From Candidatus Methylomirabilota bacterium (lineage in GTDB: Bacteria; Methylomirabilota; Methylomirabilia; Rokubacteriales; CSP1-6): a stretch of 19,109 nucleotides of DNA. The stretch spans positions 1 through 19,109 of the forward strand of contig JBKPAK010000220.1 of NCBI GenBank assembly GCA_046726415.1, read 5' to 3'. A program made the position numbers and the translations under genes. A model generated the notes under the pieces. The model was not told the origin of the DNA and did no database searches. It was given only the letters and a program-made list of their open reading frames with translations. Positions 9,575 to 18,210 of the stretch are shown here, one piece after another (within the stretch, counting starts at the first letter, position 1; each line of letters begins with the position of its first letter).

Positions 9575-9880
9575 CTAGCTAGCCGCGAGCTTGCGCCGAT
9601 ACTGCGCCGGAGGGAGGCCAAACTCGCGCTTGAAAGCGCGGTTGAATGCGGCTTCCGATTCGTAGCCGACATCGAAGGCCACATGGAGAATGGTCTTCGG
9701 GGGTGGTCTGCAGCAGTCTCGCCGCGAGCTGCAGGCGCCAGCGCGCGAGAGAGGTGAGCGGCGGTTCTCCGACGACTGCACGAACCGTTCGGCGATGACG
9801 GAACGCGAGGCGCCCACCTTGGTCGCCAGCTCGGCCACGGTCCAGGGATGGCTGGGCTGCTGATGGAGCATGGTCAGGAC
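9575..9880 (-). pseudogene. AraC-family regulator, C-terminal HTH fragment with two compensating frameshifts
   Basis: LH..PSHPWTVAELATKVGASRSVIAERF / VGEPPLTSLARWRLQLAARLL / TILHVAFDVGYESEAAFNRAFKREFGLPPAQYRR. Shifts fall near 9775 and in the G5 run at 9699-9703. The N-terminal domain is absent. Confidence 0.88.
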
Positions 9881-10001
9881 ACTGCACCGACTCCGTGACA
9901 TCGGCCTCACGCGCGGGAGCATCGAGCGCGCCGTCCGGTTGGGACGGGACGTCGAGAGCGTCAGGTCGGGCCCGGCGAACGCCGGGCGAGCTGCCGATCG
10001 G

Positions 10002-13000
10002 TTATGGCCGCTCGATGGGTTTGGTGAACTCCCTCAGAAGCCAACCCGTGGTGGCTGCTCCCTGAGAGGAATCAGGCGCCCTGACCTCGACCCACTTGCC
10101 CCTGACGCCGAGCTGGACAACAACTTCGTTCGGATGGATCGCGCGAATTGGAGGCGACTGGCCATGGGGCCGGTGCCGCAGCGTCGTCGGTTTGACGGTG
10201 ACAACGGGGACAGGCTCGCCGTGGGCCGCCTGGCCGGCTTGTTCGGCCAGAGGGCTGGGCCCGAGTTGGCGGAGCCTGGCGTTGCGCGTGTCGGCAACCA
10301 CGAACAATGCCCCGCGGGTCACGGTGACGGCTTGGGGCTGGTTGAGCTCGGTCTGGTCGGCGTAGCGGCCGTCCCCGTTGAAGCCACCCTGGGGCGTGCC
10401 GTTGGCGACGAGGCCGCCCAGGTCGACCACGTGGCCGGAGGCGGGCACATAGGCCCGGACGAGGTCATTGGTGGTGTCGGTAAAGACCACGTTGCCATTG
10501 AGGCCAATGGACAGGCCCCTGGGCTGGTTGACCTGGACGGATGTGCCGGGGAGCAGCAGTCCCGTGTTGGGGTCGGTGTTGCCGTTGTAGCCGCTCGCCC
10601 CGGTCCCGACGACGATCGTCGCCTGTCCTGTGGTGAGGTCGATCTGGACGAGGTAGTCGGGGTCATTCGAGGTGGCGTAGAGGTTACCGGCGATGTCGCC
10701 GACCACTGCCCAGAGGAGGCCAAGGCCCCCGGCGCCGCGCTGGCAGCACTCGGTGGTGATGGTGCCGTCGGGGAGCACGCCACGGATGCCCCGGCGACCG
10801 TCGGCGATCCAGAGGTGGCCGCTCGGGTCGACCCACACGCCGTAGGGACCGCTGAGGGCGGCGGCGGTGGCCGGCCCGCCGTCCCCGCAGTCCCCGGGCG
10901 TTGCTCCACGCGGTGGGCGCACGAGACGCTGGCCGGGGAGTAGCGGACGAGGGTGCCGCGGAGGCTGGGGGAGGAGTTCCGGCGCCGGGACACTCCGCCG
11001 GGGATCAACCCGAACGGCGGCGGTAGCGCTGCAGCTCGCGCCGGTACCGGCGACGGTGGTGATGCGGCCCGAGGGATCGATTCGACGGACGCGGTGGAGG
11101 ACCGGGTCGGCCAGGTACAGCGACCCGTCGAGGCCGACGGCTAGGCCTGTAGGTGCTCCGAGCAGAGCTTGGGCGGCCGGGCCGCCATCCCCGCAGGCCT
11201 GGGTGGGGCTGGGACAGTGCTGGCCCGGGTTCCCGGCAATCACCTGCGGGGAGCCGTCGCCCACCACCAGCCGGAGCGTTCCGTCGTCGAGAGCGACGTA
11301 GTAGCCGCGTCCCGTGAGCGTGGTGGCCCAGGTGGGCGGGGTGGCCGGCACCACGGCCAGGGGTGAGCCGATGGAGGTGGCGTCGAAGAGGGTCGAGGTG
11401 GGGGTGGGGCAGGCCCCCAGGCCCGCGGCTGAGCAGGGAGCGGGGATGAGCGGCGCTTCGGCCGGGTCCGGCAGGAGATGGTTATCACAGCCGAAGGGGG
11501 GGATCGGGTCTTTGCCGTCCGGGCAGACGGTCACGTCATTCAGCGACACTCCCGTCAGGTCGGTCGTGGCGAAGGGGACGGGCCCGAATGCCTCCCCGGA
11601 GCCGAGGGCCAGCGGCCAGGCCCATCGGGGCTGCGAGCCCGGGACGTTGGCGCAGGAGCCATTCGAGAGATCCCCGCAGTAGAGCCAGGCACCAAGCAGG
11701 TTGACGCCCGGGAGGGTGGCGGACGAGAACACGGCCCCGAGCAGGTAGGCATCGGAGAAGCTGGCTCCGTCAAGGGTCGATCCGGTGAAGTTGCAGCCGA
11801 TGCACTGAGCTCTGTCGAACTTGGCCCCGGTCAGGTCGGCCCCGGCCAGATCGAAGCCTCCCTGATTGGCGTCGCCGGCGAGCACGGCATCGACGAAGTC
11901 GGCGGCCTGCAGGTTTCTGGCGCTGTCGAAGGCCCGGCCGTCGCCGTAGATGTGGGCGCCATTGAACACGGCGTTGGGGGCCTTCACCGAGTTGAAGTCG
12001 GTGCCCACGGCCAGGGCCCGGTTGAAGGCTGCCCTCGAGAGGTCGGCGCTCTGGAAGCTGGCGCCGCTCACATCCGCCCCGACGAAGACGGCGCCCACCA
12101 GGCTGGTCGTCGAGCCGGCGAAGCTGGCCCCCGGCACATTGCTGTGGGCGGCCAGGCGAGCGTTGAGAAAGGACGCCCCCGTCGCCTCGGCATTGCGGAA
12201 CGTGGCCCCGGAGAGATCGGCCAGCTCGAAGCTCGTCTGCTGGAGCGAGGCACCGTCGAAGTTGGTGCGCGAGAAGTCGGCGGGGAACCCGACGAAGCTG
12301 ACCAGGGCCAAGTTGATGCCGTGCAGGTCCGCACCGGCGAGCCCGGCGCGGTTGCCCGCGTCGGCCACGAAACGGGCGTTGGCGAAGTTGACGGTGACCT
12401 GGTAGGTGCGCGCAAGCAAGGTGAGCAGGTCGAGCGGCGCGGTACTGAACGAGAGCAGCGGGCTGGTCTCGCAGCCAGGGTCCGGCTTGATTGGGGCCAG
12501 GCGGGTGCTGCGGAGGTCCGTGTTCTCGAACTTGGTGCACCGTCCGTCGAAGGGTCCTATCCGGACGCCGGAGAAGCTGGGGGGCATGCTGTGCTGCAGC
12601 CCGACCAATTGGGCGCCGCGGAGGTCGGCGCGGTCGAACACGGTGCGATCGACCACCGTCTGGTCCAGGGTCGCGCCGCTCAAGACAGCGCCGGTCAGGT
12701 CGGCACCGGTCAGGTCGGCGCCGCTCAAGACCGAGCCGATCAGGTCGGCGCCGTTCAGGTCCCAGCCGTTGAAGTTTCCGGTCAGGGTGGCGCCGCCCAG
12801 GCTGGCGCCGCTGAGGTCGCTCTGATACGCGACGTTCGGGTTCAACGGCGTAGGTGTGAAGCTGATTTTCTCCGGCAGCACGCAGGCCCGGCAGCCGTTG
12901 TAGGTGGCCAGAAGCTTCTCTGGGTCTACGATGTCGACCTCCGTCGGGACAAAGGAAGGATCACCCGGGAACAGCACTGGAGCGGGGTCGCCGACCCCGG

Positions 13001-14219
13001 CGTTCTTGGCTCCCCACGCGGACACGCGGCCGGCGGCGTCCTTGAGCAAGACGGCGGCGCCAGGCGCGACGGTAATCGAGTGGGGGTTGGTCATGACTTC
13101 CCGCCCACCTTCGGCAATCCCAGAACACCCGGCAGCTTCGCTCCAGGTGGAACCGGCTGGCAGCACCACCACGTTGGCGCTCGAACTGTTGGGCTCCAGC
13201 GGTCGGGCAAAGACCGCGCCCCCGAATGGAGGAAGGGGAAGCGGTGGGGGATCCTGGCGCAGGCAGATGGGCCCGGTTGGCACGCTGACCGCAACCGAGT
13301 CCGGGCCGCAGCGGGGGATGTCGATGTTGTTGAAGTTGCAGCCGGAGCCGCTGCTGGTATCGGCGGTGATGAAGTTCTGATTGGCGTCGCTGCCGTCGAG
13401 GTTCGCCCGCCCAATCGTTCCGCCGCTCGAGGGGAACCAGCTGTTAGCCCAGTAAATGTGCTCGTAATCGAGCGCCACGCCAAACGGGTTGATCGCGCCG
13501 GTGATGAAGTTCGAGTTGACATTGCTGCCGTCGAGGGTGGCCCGCCCGATCGTGCCGTCCGAAAGGTTGGTCCAGTAGATGTGCTGGTAGTCGACCGCCA
13601 ACCCGGAAACCGCGACGCTTAGTGGGTTCCGGTCGTCGTTCGGGACGGTGATGAAGCTCTGGTTGACGCCGCTGCTGTTCAGGTTCGCCCGCCCAATCGT
13701 GCTGTCGCCGACGTTGGACCAGTAGATGTGCTGGCCGTCGACCGCCAGCCCCGCGGGACCGTTCGCGCCAGCGATGAAGCTCGGGTTCGCGTCGCTGCCG
13801 TCGAGGTTCGCCCGCCCGATCGTGCCCACCGCAGGGATGGCCCTGTAGATGTGCTGGCCGTCGACCGCCAGCACCGCGTAACCGTTCACGCCGGTGATGA
13901 TGAAGCTCGGGTTCGCGTCGCTGCCGTCGAGGTTCGCCCGCCCGATCGTGCCGTCCCCGGTCCAGTAGATGTACTGGCGATCGACCGCCACGTTTATTAC
14001 GGCAAGGACGTTGTTGCCAACCTTGATGAAGCTCTGGTTGACGTTGGCGGGGTTCCCGTCGGTCGTGCCGCGTCCGATCGTTCCGGATTGGGTGTTGGGC
14101 CAGTAGACGAAGGCGGATCCGGATGGCTGGGCGAGCGCGGGCGGCACTGCGACGAGGCTGGCGACCAGCATCGCGGTCAGGAGAGACACCGGGGACGGGT
14201 ACCGGGCGACGGTCGTCAC
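10002..14219 (-). CDS. Large secreted multi-repeat protein (1405 aa): signal peptide, YWTD/LY-like propeller, pentapeptide repeats, NHL repeats, SH3b-like C-terminus
   Basis: Signal ...LVAVPPALA-Q. Six repeats of LAVD.QHIYW....TIGRANLDGS..N.SFI. Many A(D/S)L(S/T)G pentapeptides. NHL units GDGGPA..A.L..P.G. C-terminal TTLRHRP...IRAIHPNEVV...KWVEVR...TGWL. Confidence 0.9.
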   Translation of the reverse strand: MTTVARYPSPVSLLTAMLVASLVAVPPALAQPSGSAFVYWPNTQSGTIGRGTTDGNPANVNQSFIKVGNNVLAVINVAVDRQYIYWTGDGTIGRANLDGSDANPSFIITGVNGYAVLAVDGQHIYRAIPAVGTIGRANLDGSDANPSFIAGANGPAGLAVDGQHIYWSNVGDSTIGRANLNSSGVNQSFITVPNDDRNPLSVAVSGLAVDYQHIYWTNLSDGTIGRATLDGSNVNSNFITGAINPFGVALDYEHIYWANSWFPSSGGTIGRANLDGSDANQNFITADTSSGSGCNFNNIDIPRCGPDSVAVSVPTGPICLRQDPPPLPLPPFGGAVFARPLEPNSSSANVVVLPAGSTWSEAAGCSGIAEGGREVMTNPHSITVAPGAAVLLKDAAGRVSAWGAKNAGVGDPAPVLFPGDPSFVPTEVDIVDPEKLLATYNGCRACVLPEKISFTPTPLNPNVAYQSDLSGASLGGATLTGNFNGWDLNGADLIGSVLSGADLTGADLTGAVLSGATLDQTVVDRTVFDRADLRGAQLVGLQHSMPPSFSGVRIGPFDGRCTKFENTDLRSTRLAPIKPDPGCETSPLLSFSTAPLDLLTLLARTYQVTVNFANARFVADAGNRAGLAGADLHGINLALVSFVGFPADFSRTNFDGASLQQTSFELADLSGATFRNAEATGASFLNARLAAHSNVPGASFAGSTTSLVGAVFVGADVSGASFQSADLSRAAFNRALAVGTDFNSVKAPNAVFNGAHIYGDGRAFDSARNLQAADFVDAVLAGDANQGGFDLAGADLTGAKFDRAQCIGCNFTGSTLDGASFSDAYLLGAVFSSATLPGVNLLGAWLYCGDLSNGSCANVPGSQPRWAWPLALGSGEAFGPVPFATTDLTGVSLNDVTVCPDGKDPIPPFGCDNHLLPDPAEAPLIPAPCSAAGLGACPTPTSTLFDATSIGSPLAVVPATPPTWATTLTGRGYYVALDDGTLRLVVGDGSPQVIAGNPGQHCPSPTQACGDGGPAAQALLGAPTGLAVGLDGSLYLADPVLHRVRRIDPSGRITTVAGTGASCSATAAVRVDPRRSVPAPELLPQPPRHPRPLLPGQRLVRPPRGATPGDCGDGGPATAAALSGPYGVWVDPSGHLWIADGRRGIRGVLPDGTITTECCQRGAGGLGLLWAVVGDIAGNLYATSNDPDYLVQIDLTTGQATIVVGTGASGYNGNTDPNTGLLLPGTSVQVNQPRGLSIGLNGNVVFTDTTNDLVRAYVPASGHVVDLGGLVANGTPQGGFNGDGRYADQTELNQPQAVTVTRGALFVVADTRNARLRQLGPSPLAEQAGQAAHGEPVPVVTVKPTTLRHRPHGQSPPIRAIHPNEVVVQLGVRGKWVEVRAPDSSQGAATTGWLLREFTKPIERP
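13285..14111 (-). repeat. Intragenic tandem repeats (~126 bp, six blades) of the YWTD-like propeller
   Basis: Identical 54-bp copies at 13773-13826 and 13899-13952, and identical 28-bp copies at 13722-13749 and 13845-13872. Confidence 0.9.
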
Positions 14220-14241
14220 GGGGTACCGCCTTGGCGCGCCG

Positions 14242-17200
14242 TCACCGCCGCCGGCGCCGTGCTCGGCTCGGCGTGAGCGGATCGAAGCGGCTCAGGGAGG
14301 GTTCGGCCACGCCCAGGAGGGGGTCGATGTGGGGCTGGCTGGTGCTGCTATCGAGCAGGGCCGTGTAGTTCGCCGCATAGATGCTGCGCCAGTAGTCGAC
14401 GGCGATGTGCGGGATGTTGGTGCCCGGGCTGTTGGTGGCGAGCGGCGCGCCGCTGGGGGTGTAGACGTCGATCCGGTAATCCGCCGGCTGGGTTCCGTCG
14501 CCCTGATATGAAAGCACGTAGATCTGGCCCGAGCCGTCGACTGCGACATCCAGGTAGGTGGCAGGTCTGGGGAGCGTGAGTGTGAAGGCGGCCGGCGACC
14601 CGGTGCCGAAGTAACGGACAGGGTTACCGTCGAGGTCGAATGCGGCCAGCTGCGAGGCGCCAGCTTCCAGCACGATGACGATGCCGGGATTGGTGACAGC
14701 CACCGCGGTCGGGGACGAGAGGAGGCCGATCTCGGTGCCGGGCCCGGCCACGTAGGCCGCCAGCGGAGGCTGAGGGGTGTTGGCCGGCAGCACGTGCCCC
14801 AGCCGGCCGCTATCGGTGTGGATGGCCACGACGCGCCCGGAGGAGTGCAGGGCGGCGGCGCTCACAGGGAGGGGGAAGAAGCCCAGCGAGGTGGTGGGAG
14901 TGGGATCCCAGCTCAGGGCGCCGGTGGTGGGGTCGATGGCCAGGCGCCGGATGTTGTAGCCGGGTGTGGTCTCGTCGGGCTCGAGCAGCACGTGGTTGGC
15001 GATGTCGTCGGCCCCGACGAACGAATCGAACAACAGGAACGGGCGGCGGGTATAGCCCTGTGTCGTCGCGTCACCGAGGGTGATCGTGGCGCCCTTCTCA
15101 GCGATGGGGACGCCCCGCAGCCAATACTTATCGTCCTGCTTCCAGACGATGCCGGCCACACCCAGCCCGGTGGCGATGGCGACGCCGGTCACCTCCTGGA
15201 CGCCGCTGTTGGCGATCGTGCCGGTGTCGGTGACGGAGTCGGACCAGGTGTAGCCGCCGGCCGTGGGACTGTAGGTCGTGGTGTCAGCCCGCCGGAACAC
15301 GGTGGAAGCGGTGATGGGGGCCGGCAACTCGGTGATTGCGAAGGCCACGCTCGAGGGCGGGTTGGCCGGATCGTTGTTGGCCAGCTGGGTTGAGACACCG
15401 GTGCCGACCTGGTTGCCGTTGGCGTCCAAGACCACGATCGACCAGGTGATCGTCCGGCCGCCGAAGGGGGCGGTCAGGTGCAGCACGATAGGGTCGGAGT
15501 CGATGTGGCCGCCGGCATTGAGGGGGCCGGTTCTCGGGGTCAGCGCCACGGCCCCATCGATCTTGGCTTCGATCCGCCACGAGCGGGCCGTCACCGGCCA
15601 CGTCGCCGCGTTGTGGGCAAGATCCCGCGACACCGTCACCGTCGCCGCGTACTGCAACGACACCTCGTTCTCGATCACCCACGGCGACGTCACCGTCTCC
15701 CCGATCGCCTCCGCCAACGTCGCCGCATCACCCACCGCCGCAGCCACGGCCAGGACCTGACCGATCAACGGGATCGCCTCGACGATCTTGGAGCCCGCCT
15801 GTCCCGCAAGGATGGCGGCGGCGATTGGCGTCCAGATCGGGTTGCCGAAGGCTTCGAAGATGGCCTTCGGGATGATCGTCCCGAAGTTGACGAGGATGCT
15901 CCAGATGTTGGCTGTGCTGCCGCCGTTGTTGTTGATGTCCTCGGCGGTGGCTGCACCGGCCGCCACCAACACGGCGACGCTCTCGATGACGGAGAGGATC
16001 CTCGAGCCGATCAGCGCTTTCAACGCCGCATCCAGCGCCTGGCGGTTCTGGATGGCTGTCCGGATACCCGCCCAGGTGCTGGCGACGTCCATGTCGCAGA
16101 AGAGGGCGAAGGCGGTGACGCCGATGGTCAGGACGCCGGTCATCAGCGAGGCGAGGAGGACCTCGTCCTGGGGGGCGATGGCGCCGCTGGGGTAGGCGTC
16201 GGCGGGGAAGTATTGGCGCCAGCCACCGTCGACGGCGTTGCTGCCGAGCCCGCAGTACAGGATCCGGGCGCTGGCCGCCTCGGACGGGAAGTTCAAGGTG
16301 ACGTCGATGGTGTTGGTGTCCCAGATCGGGATGCCGAGGATGGTCCAGATCTGGGGGAGCAGGCCGAGGGAGTGGGCGTGGCGGGTGTTGGGGAACGTCG
16401 CGTTGGGGTCGAGCGACAAGTTGGTGCCGTCGGCTTTGAGGTATTGGACGTACACCGACACCCAGCGGACGTAGTTGTTGTACAGCTTGAGGGGGAGCTG
16501 CCCGCCGTTGAGGCCCCCGTTGACGAAGGTCTTGGTGCCATAGAACAGCCCGGGGTGCTTGACCTGCACGCTGAGCGTCGCTTGCGGTCCGCCCGGCGGG
16601 ACGTAGACGGTGGGGGTGGGAACGACACCTTCGGGCTGATGCCAGGTGGCAGTGTCGCTGGTGTCGTGCAGCTGGTCGAGGGGCTGATCGATGACCTTGC
16701 CGAGGCTGCCGGTGTCACGCACCCCGTGAATGCCCGCCACGAAGGCGTTGCGGGCGGTCTCGGTGAACGTCGTGTCGGTCGTGTTCAACTTGACGGTCGT
16801 CAAGGCGACGGTCTGCGAACCGACGGTGATCTGGCTCGGGTTGCCGGCGGCGTCGACCGCCGGCACCACCGTGGCGTAGTCCTGCCCCGCCTGCTGCATC
16901 TGGCCGATGTAGCTGCCGAGCGCGCTGACCTCAGGCGTCTGGCTCAGCAGCGACTTGGTGGCCGCCACCGCGGTAGGCGCGATGGTCGCCACGTTGGGGT
17001 GCAGCATGGTCAGAGCAATCGCCGTCTGATAGGGGTCCCCGATCGTCTCCAGCTGCACCACGTGCTCCGGGGAGCTGATTTGGGAGGGCAGGAGGCCCAA
17101 CGCCCTCAGGCGCGCAGGCGAGCCCAGCACGCTTCCGAGCGAGCCGGTGAAGCGATGCGCCGCCTGGGCCAGGATCCGCGTGGCCTTGGGCGGGACGCGC

Positions 17201-17637
17201 CACAGTTGCGACACCAAGACTTCGTTCTGCCCCCTGCGCCCGTACACCGAGACCACCATGCCCCGGTCCACCGAGAAGGGGACAGCCGAGACGTAGTGGG
17301 TGAGAGCGGACAGGTTCATGACGCCCCACAGGCCGCCTTCGGCCTTGAGCGCTGCTCGTGACACCTCGGTGTGTGGGACCAGTGGGAACCTGGCCCCGTT
17401 GGCGACCAGCACCAGATCCGAGACGCCCGTGGCTGTTGCGAGGGCGAAGTGGAGGGCGGAGGAGCTGCGCACGCGCGTCGGTGCGGCAACGGCCGGACTC
17501 GACTGCAGCTGCATAGCCATGGCCGCGGCTGAGCCCAGGCCGGCCTTGAGCATCCAGCGGCGGCTCACCGGCGTGGCCCCGAGCTCTCTCAGCAGTGATC
17601 GGCTCTCGCTGTCCAGGTGCGTGTGCTCGTCGCTCAT
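14242..17637 (-). CDS. Tat-signal hypothetical protein (1131 aa) with central hydrophobic helices and C-terminal NHL-like beta-propeller
   Basis: SD AGGAG before the ATG. Twin-arginine motif SRRWMLK followed by an h-region and PAVA-A. C-terminal blades LSSPTAVAVT..G.VIVLE and YLDVAVDGSGQIYVLSY, HIAVDYWRSIYAANY. The stop lies 22 nt from the next start. Confidence 0.88.
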   Translation of the reverse strand: MSDEHTHLDSESRSLLRELGATPVSRRWMLKAGLGSAAAMAMQLQSSPAVAAPTRVRSSSALHFALATATGVSDLVLVANGARFPLVPHTEVSRAALKAEGGLWGVMNLSALTHYVSAVPFSVDRGMVVSVYGRRGQNEVLVSQLWRVPPKATRILAQAAHRFTGSLGSVLGSPARLRALGLLPSQISSPEHVVQLETIGDPYQTAIALTMLHPNVATIAPTAVAATKSLLSQTPEVSALGSYIGQMQQAGQDYATVVPAVDAAGNPSQITVGSQTVALTTVKLNTTDTTFTETARNAFVAGIHGVRDTGSLGKVIDQPLDQLHDTSDTATWHQPEGVVPTPTVYVPPGGPQATLSVQVKHPGLFYGTKTFVNGGLNGGQLPLKLYNNYVRWVSVYVQYLKADGTNLSLDPNATFPNTRHAHSLGLLPQIWTILGIPIWDTNTIDVTLNFPSEAASARILYCGLGSNAVDGGWRQYFPADAYPSGAIAPQDEVLLASLMTGVLTIGVTAFALFCDMDVASTWAGIRTAIQNRQALDAALKALIGSRILSVIESVAVLVAAGAATAEDINNNGGSTANIWSILVNFGTIIPKAIFEAFGNPIWTPIAAAILAGQAGSKIVEAIPLIGQVLAVAAAVGDAATLAEAIGETVTSPWVIENEVSLQYAATVTVSRDLAHNAATWPVTARSWRIEAKIDGAVALTPRTGPLNAGGHIDSDPIVLHLTAPFGGRTITWSIVVLDANGNQVGTGVSTQLANNDPANPPSSVAFAITELPAPITASTVFRRADTTTYSPTAGGYTWSDSVTDTGTIANSGVQEVTGVAIATGLGVAGIVWKQDDKYWLRGVPIAEKGATITLGDATTQGYTRRPFLLFDSFVGADDIANHVLLEPDETTPGYNIRRLAIDPTTGALSWDPTPTTSLGFFPLPVSAAALHSSGRVVAIHTDSGRLGHVLPANTPQPPLAAYVAGPGTEIGLLSSPTAVAVTNPGIVIVLEAGASQLAAFDLDGNPVRYFGTGSPAAFTLTLPRPATYLDVAVDGSGQIYVLSYQGDGTQPADYRIDVYTPSGAPLATNSPGTNIPHIAVDYWRSIYAANYTALLDSSTSQPHIDPLLGVAEPSLSRFDPLTPSRARRRRR

Positions 17638-17821
17638 CAGTCTTTCTCCTGGCGAAGCCTCATGCAGGGCCGGTGATGAGAGAAGTCGGCTGGTGCCTTG
17701 TTATCTCGTAGGGTCGACGACCGGCGCTTGCTCCGCTCTCCATGCCCGAAGGTGAGGTTAGATATGTCTTCTGGATCTTCTGTGCGTTCCCCTTCGGGAG
17801 CGCCGGAGACCGGTCGAGATG

Positions 17822-17908
17822 AGCGGGTGCCGTGCCACCCCCGCGATTCTGCGTAACTCCTCGATTCGCCGCTCGTTGCATGGTCCCGGCTGTGCAGAAG
17901 GTTGCACA
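17822..17908 (-). promoter_or_regulatory. Putative sigma54 promoter with IHF site and upstream activator palindrome
   Basis: TGGCACG-GCAC-CCGCT (17837-17822, GG-N10-GC). AATCGA-GGAG-TTA (17866-17854, one mismatch to WATCAANNNNTTR). TGTGCA-N6-TGCACA (17891-17908). Confidence 0.62.
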
Positions 17909-18210
17909 CGGTGAGCAAGCCGCCTGCGACCCGGGCGGGCGTTCCCGGAACGTCGCAGACTGTGTTACCGATGCGTTCGCTGGAGTGGGGTGACGGTGGC
18001 GCGGGCCGGCGCCCTTGGCGTACTGTCGACCACTAGAATCGCTGGCGCTGCGCTTTTTCGGCGGCTTCGATTTCAGCACTGGCGCCGGGCGCCCGGGGCC
18101 AGAAGGCCCAGGCGCCGCTGGCCTACCTCGCCTGCCACACCGGCCAATTGCATCCCGGGACAATAGCAGGCCCGCACCAATCTCCGCAAGGCGGTTTGGG
18201 TCCTTCGAGG

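Noticed and set aside
9875-9883. CAGGACACT, an inverted match to the IS630 end (1938-1946), suggesting a composite transposon
   Set aside because: Only 9 bp, lacks the terminal TA, and overlaps AraC codons. Compatible with chance.
13285-14111. Regularly spaced repeats as a possible CRISPR array or DGR template
   Set aside because: The repeats are in-frame coding units of a propeller. There are no cas or reverse-transcriptase genes, and no adenine-specific variation is evident.
14242-14270. Poly-Arg C-terminus (SRARRRRR) as a cell-penetrating or targeting tag
   Set aside because: Such runs arise easily from CGG/CGC-rich DNA. Unsupported without conservation data.
11478-17361. Long plus-strand ORFs (714 aa at 11478-13622, 627 aa at 15478-17361) and similar antisense ORFs elsewhere
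   Set aside because: They are shadow frames of GC3-rich genes on the opposite strand and have no recognisable motifs.
17760-17810. Partial resemblance of the leader (GAAGGGGAACGCACAG) to a c-di-GMP-I riboswitch
   Set aside because: The conserved GGCAAA(C) element and the P3 organisation are not evident.
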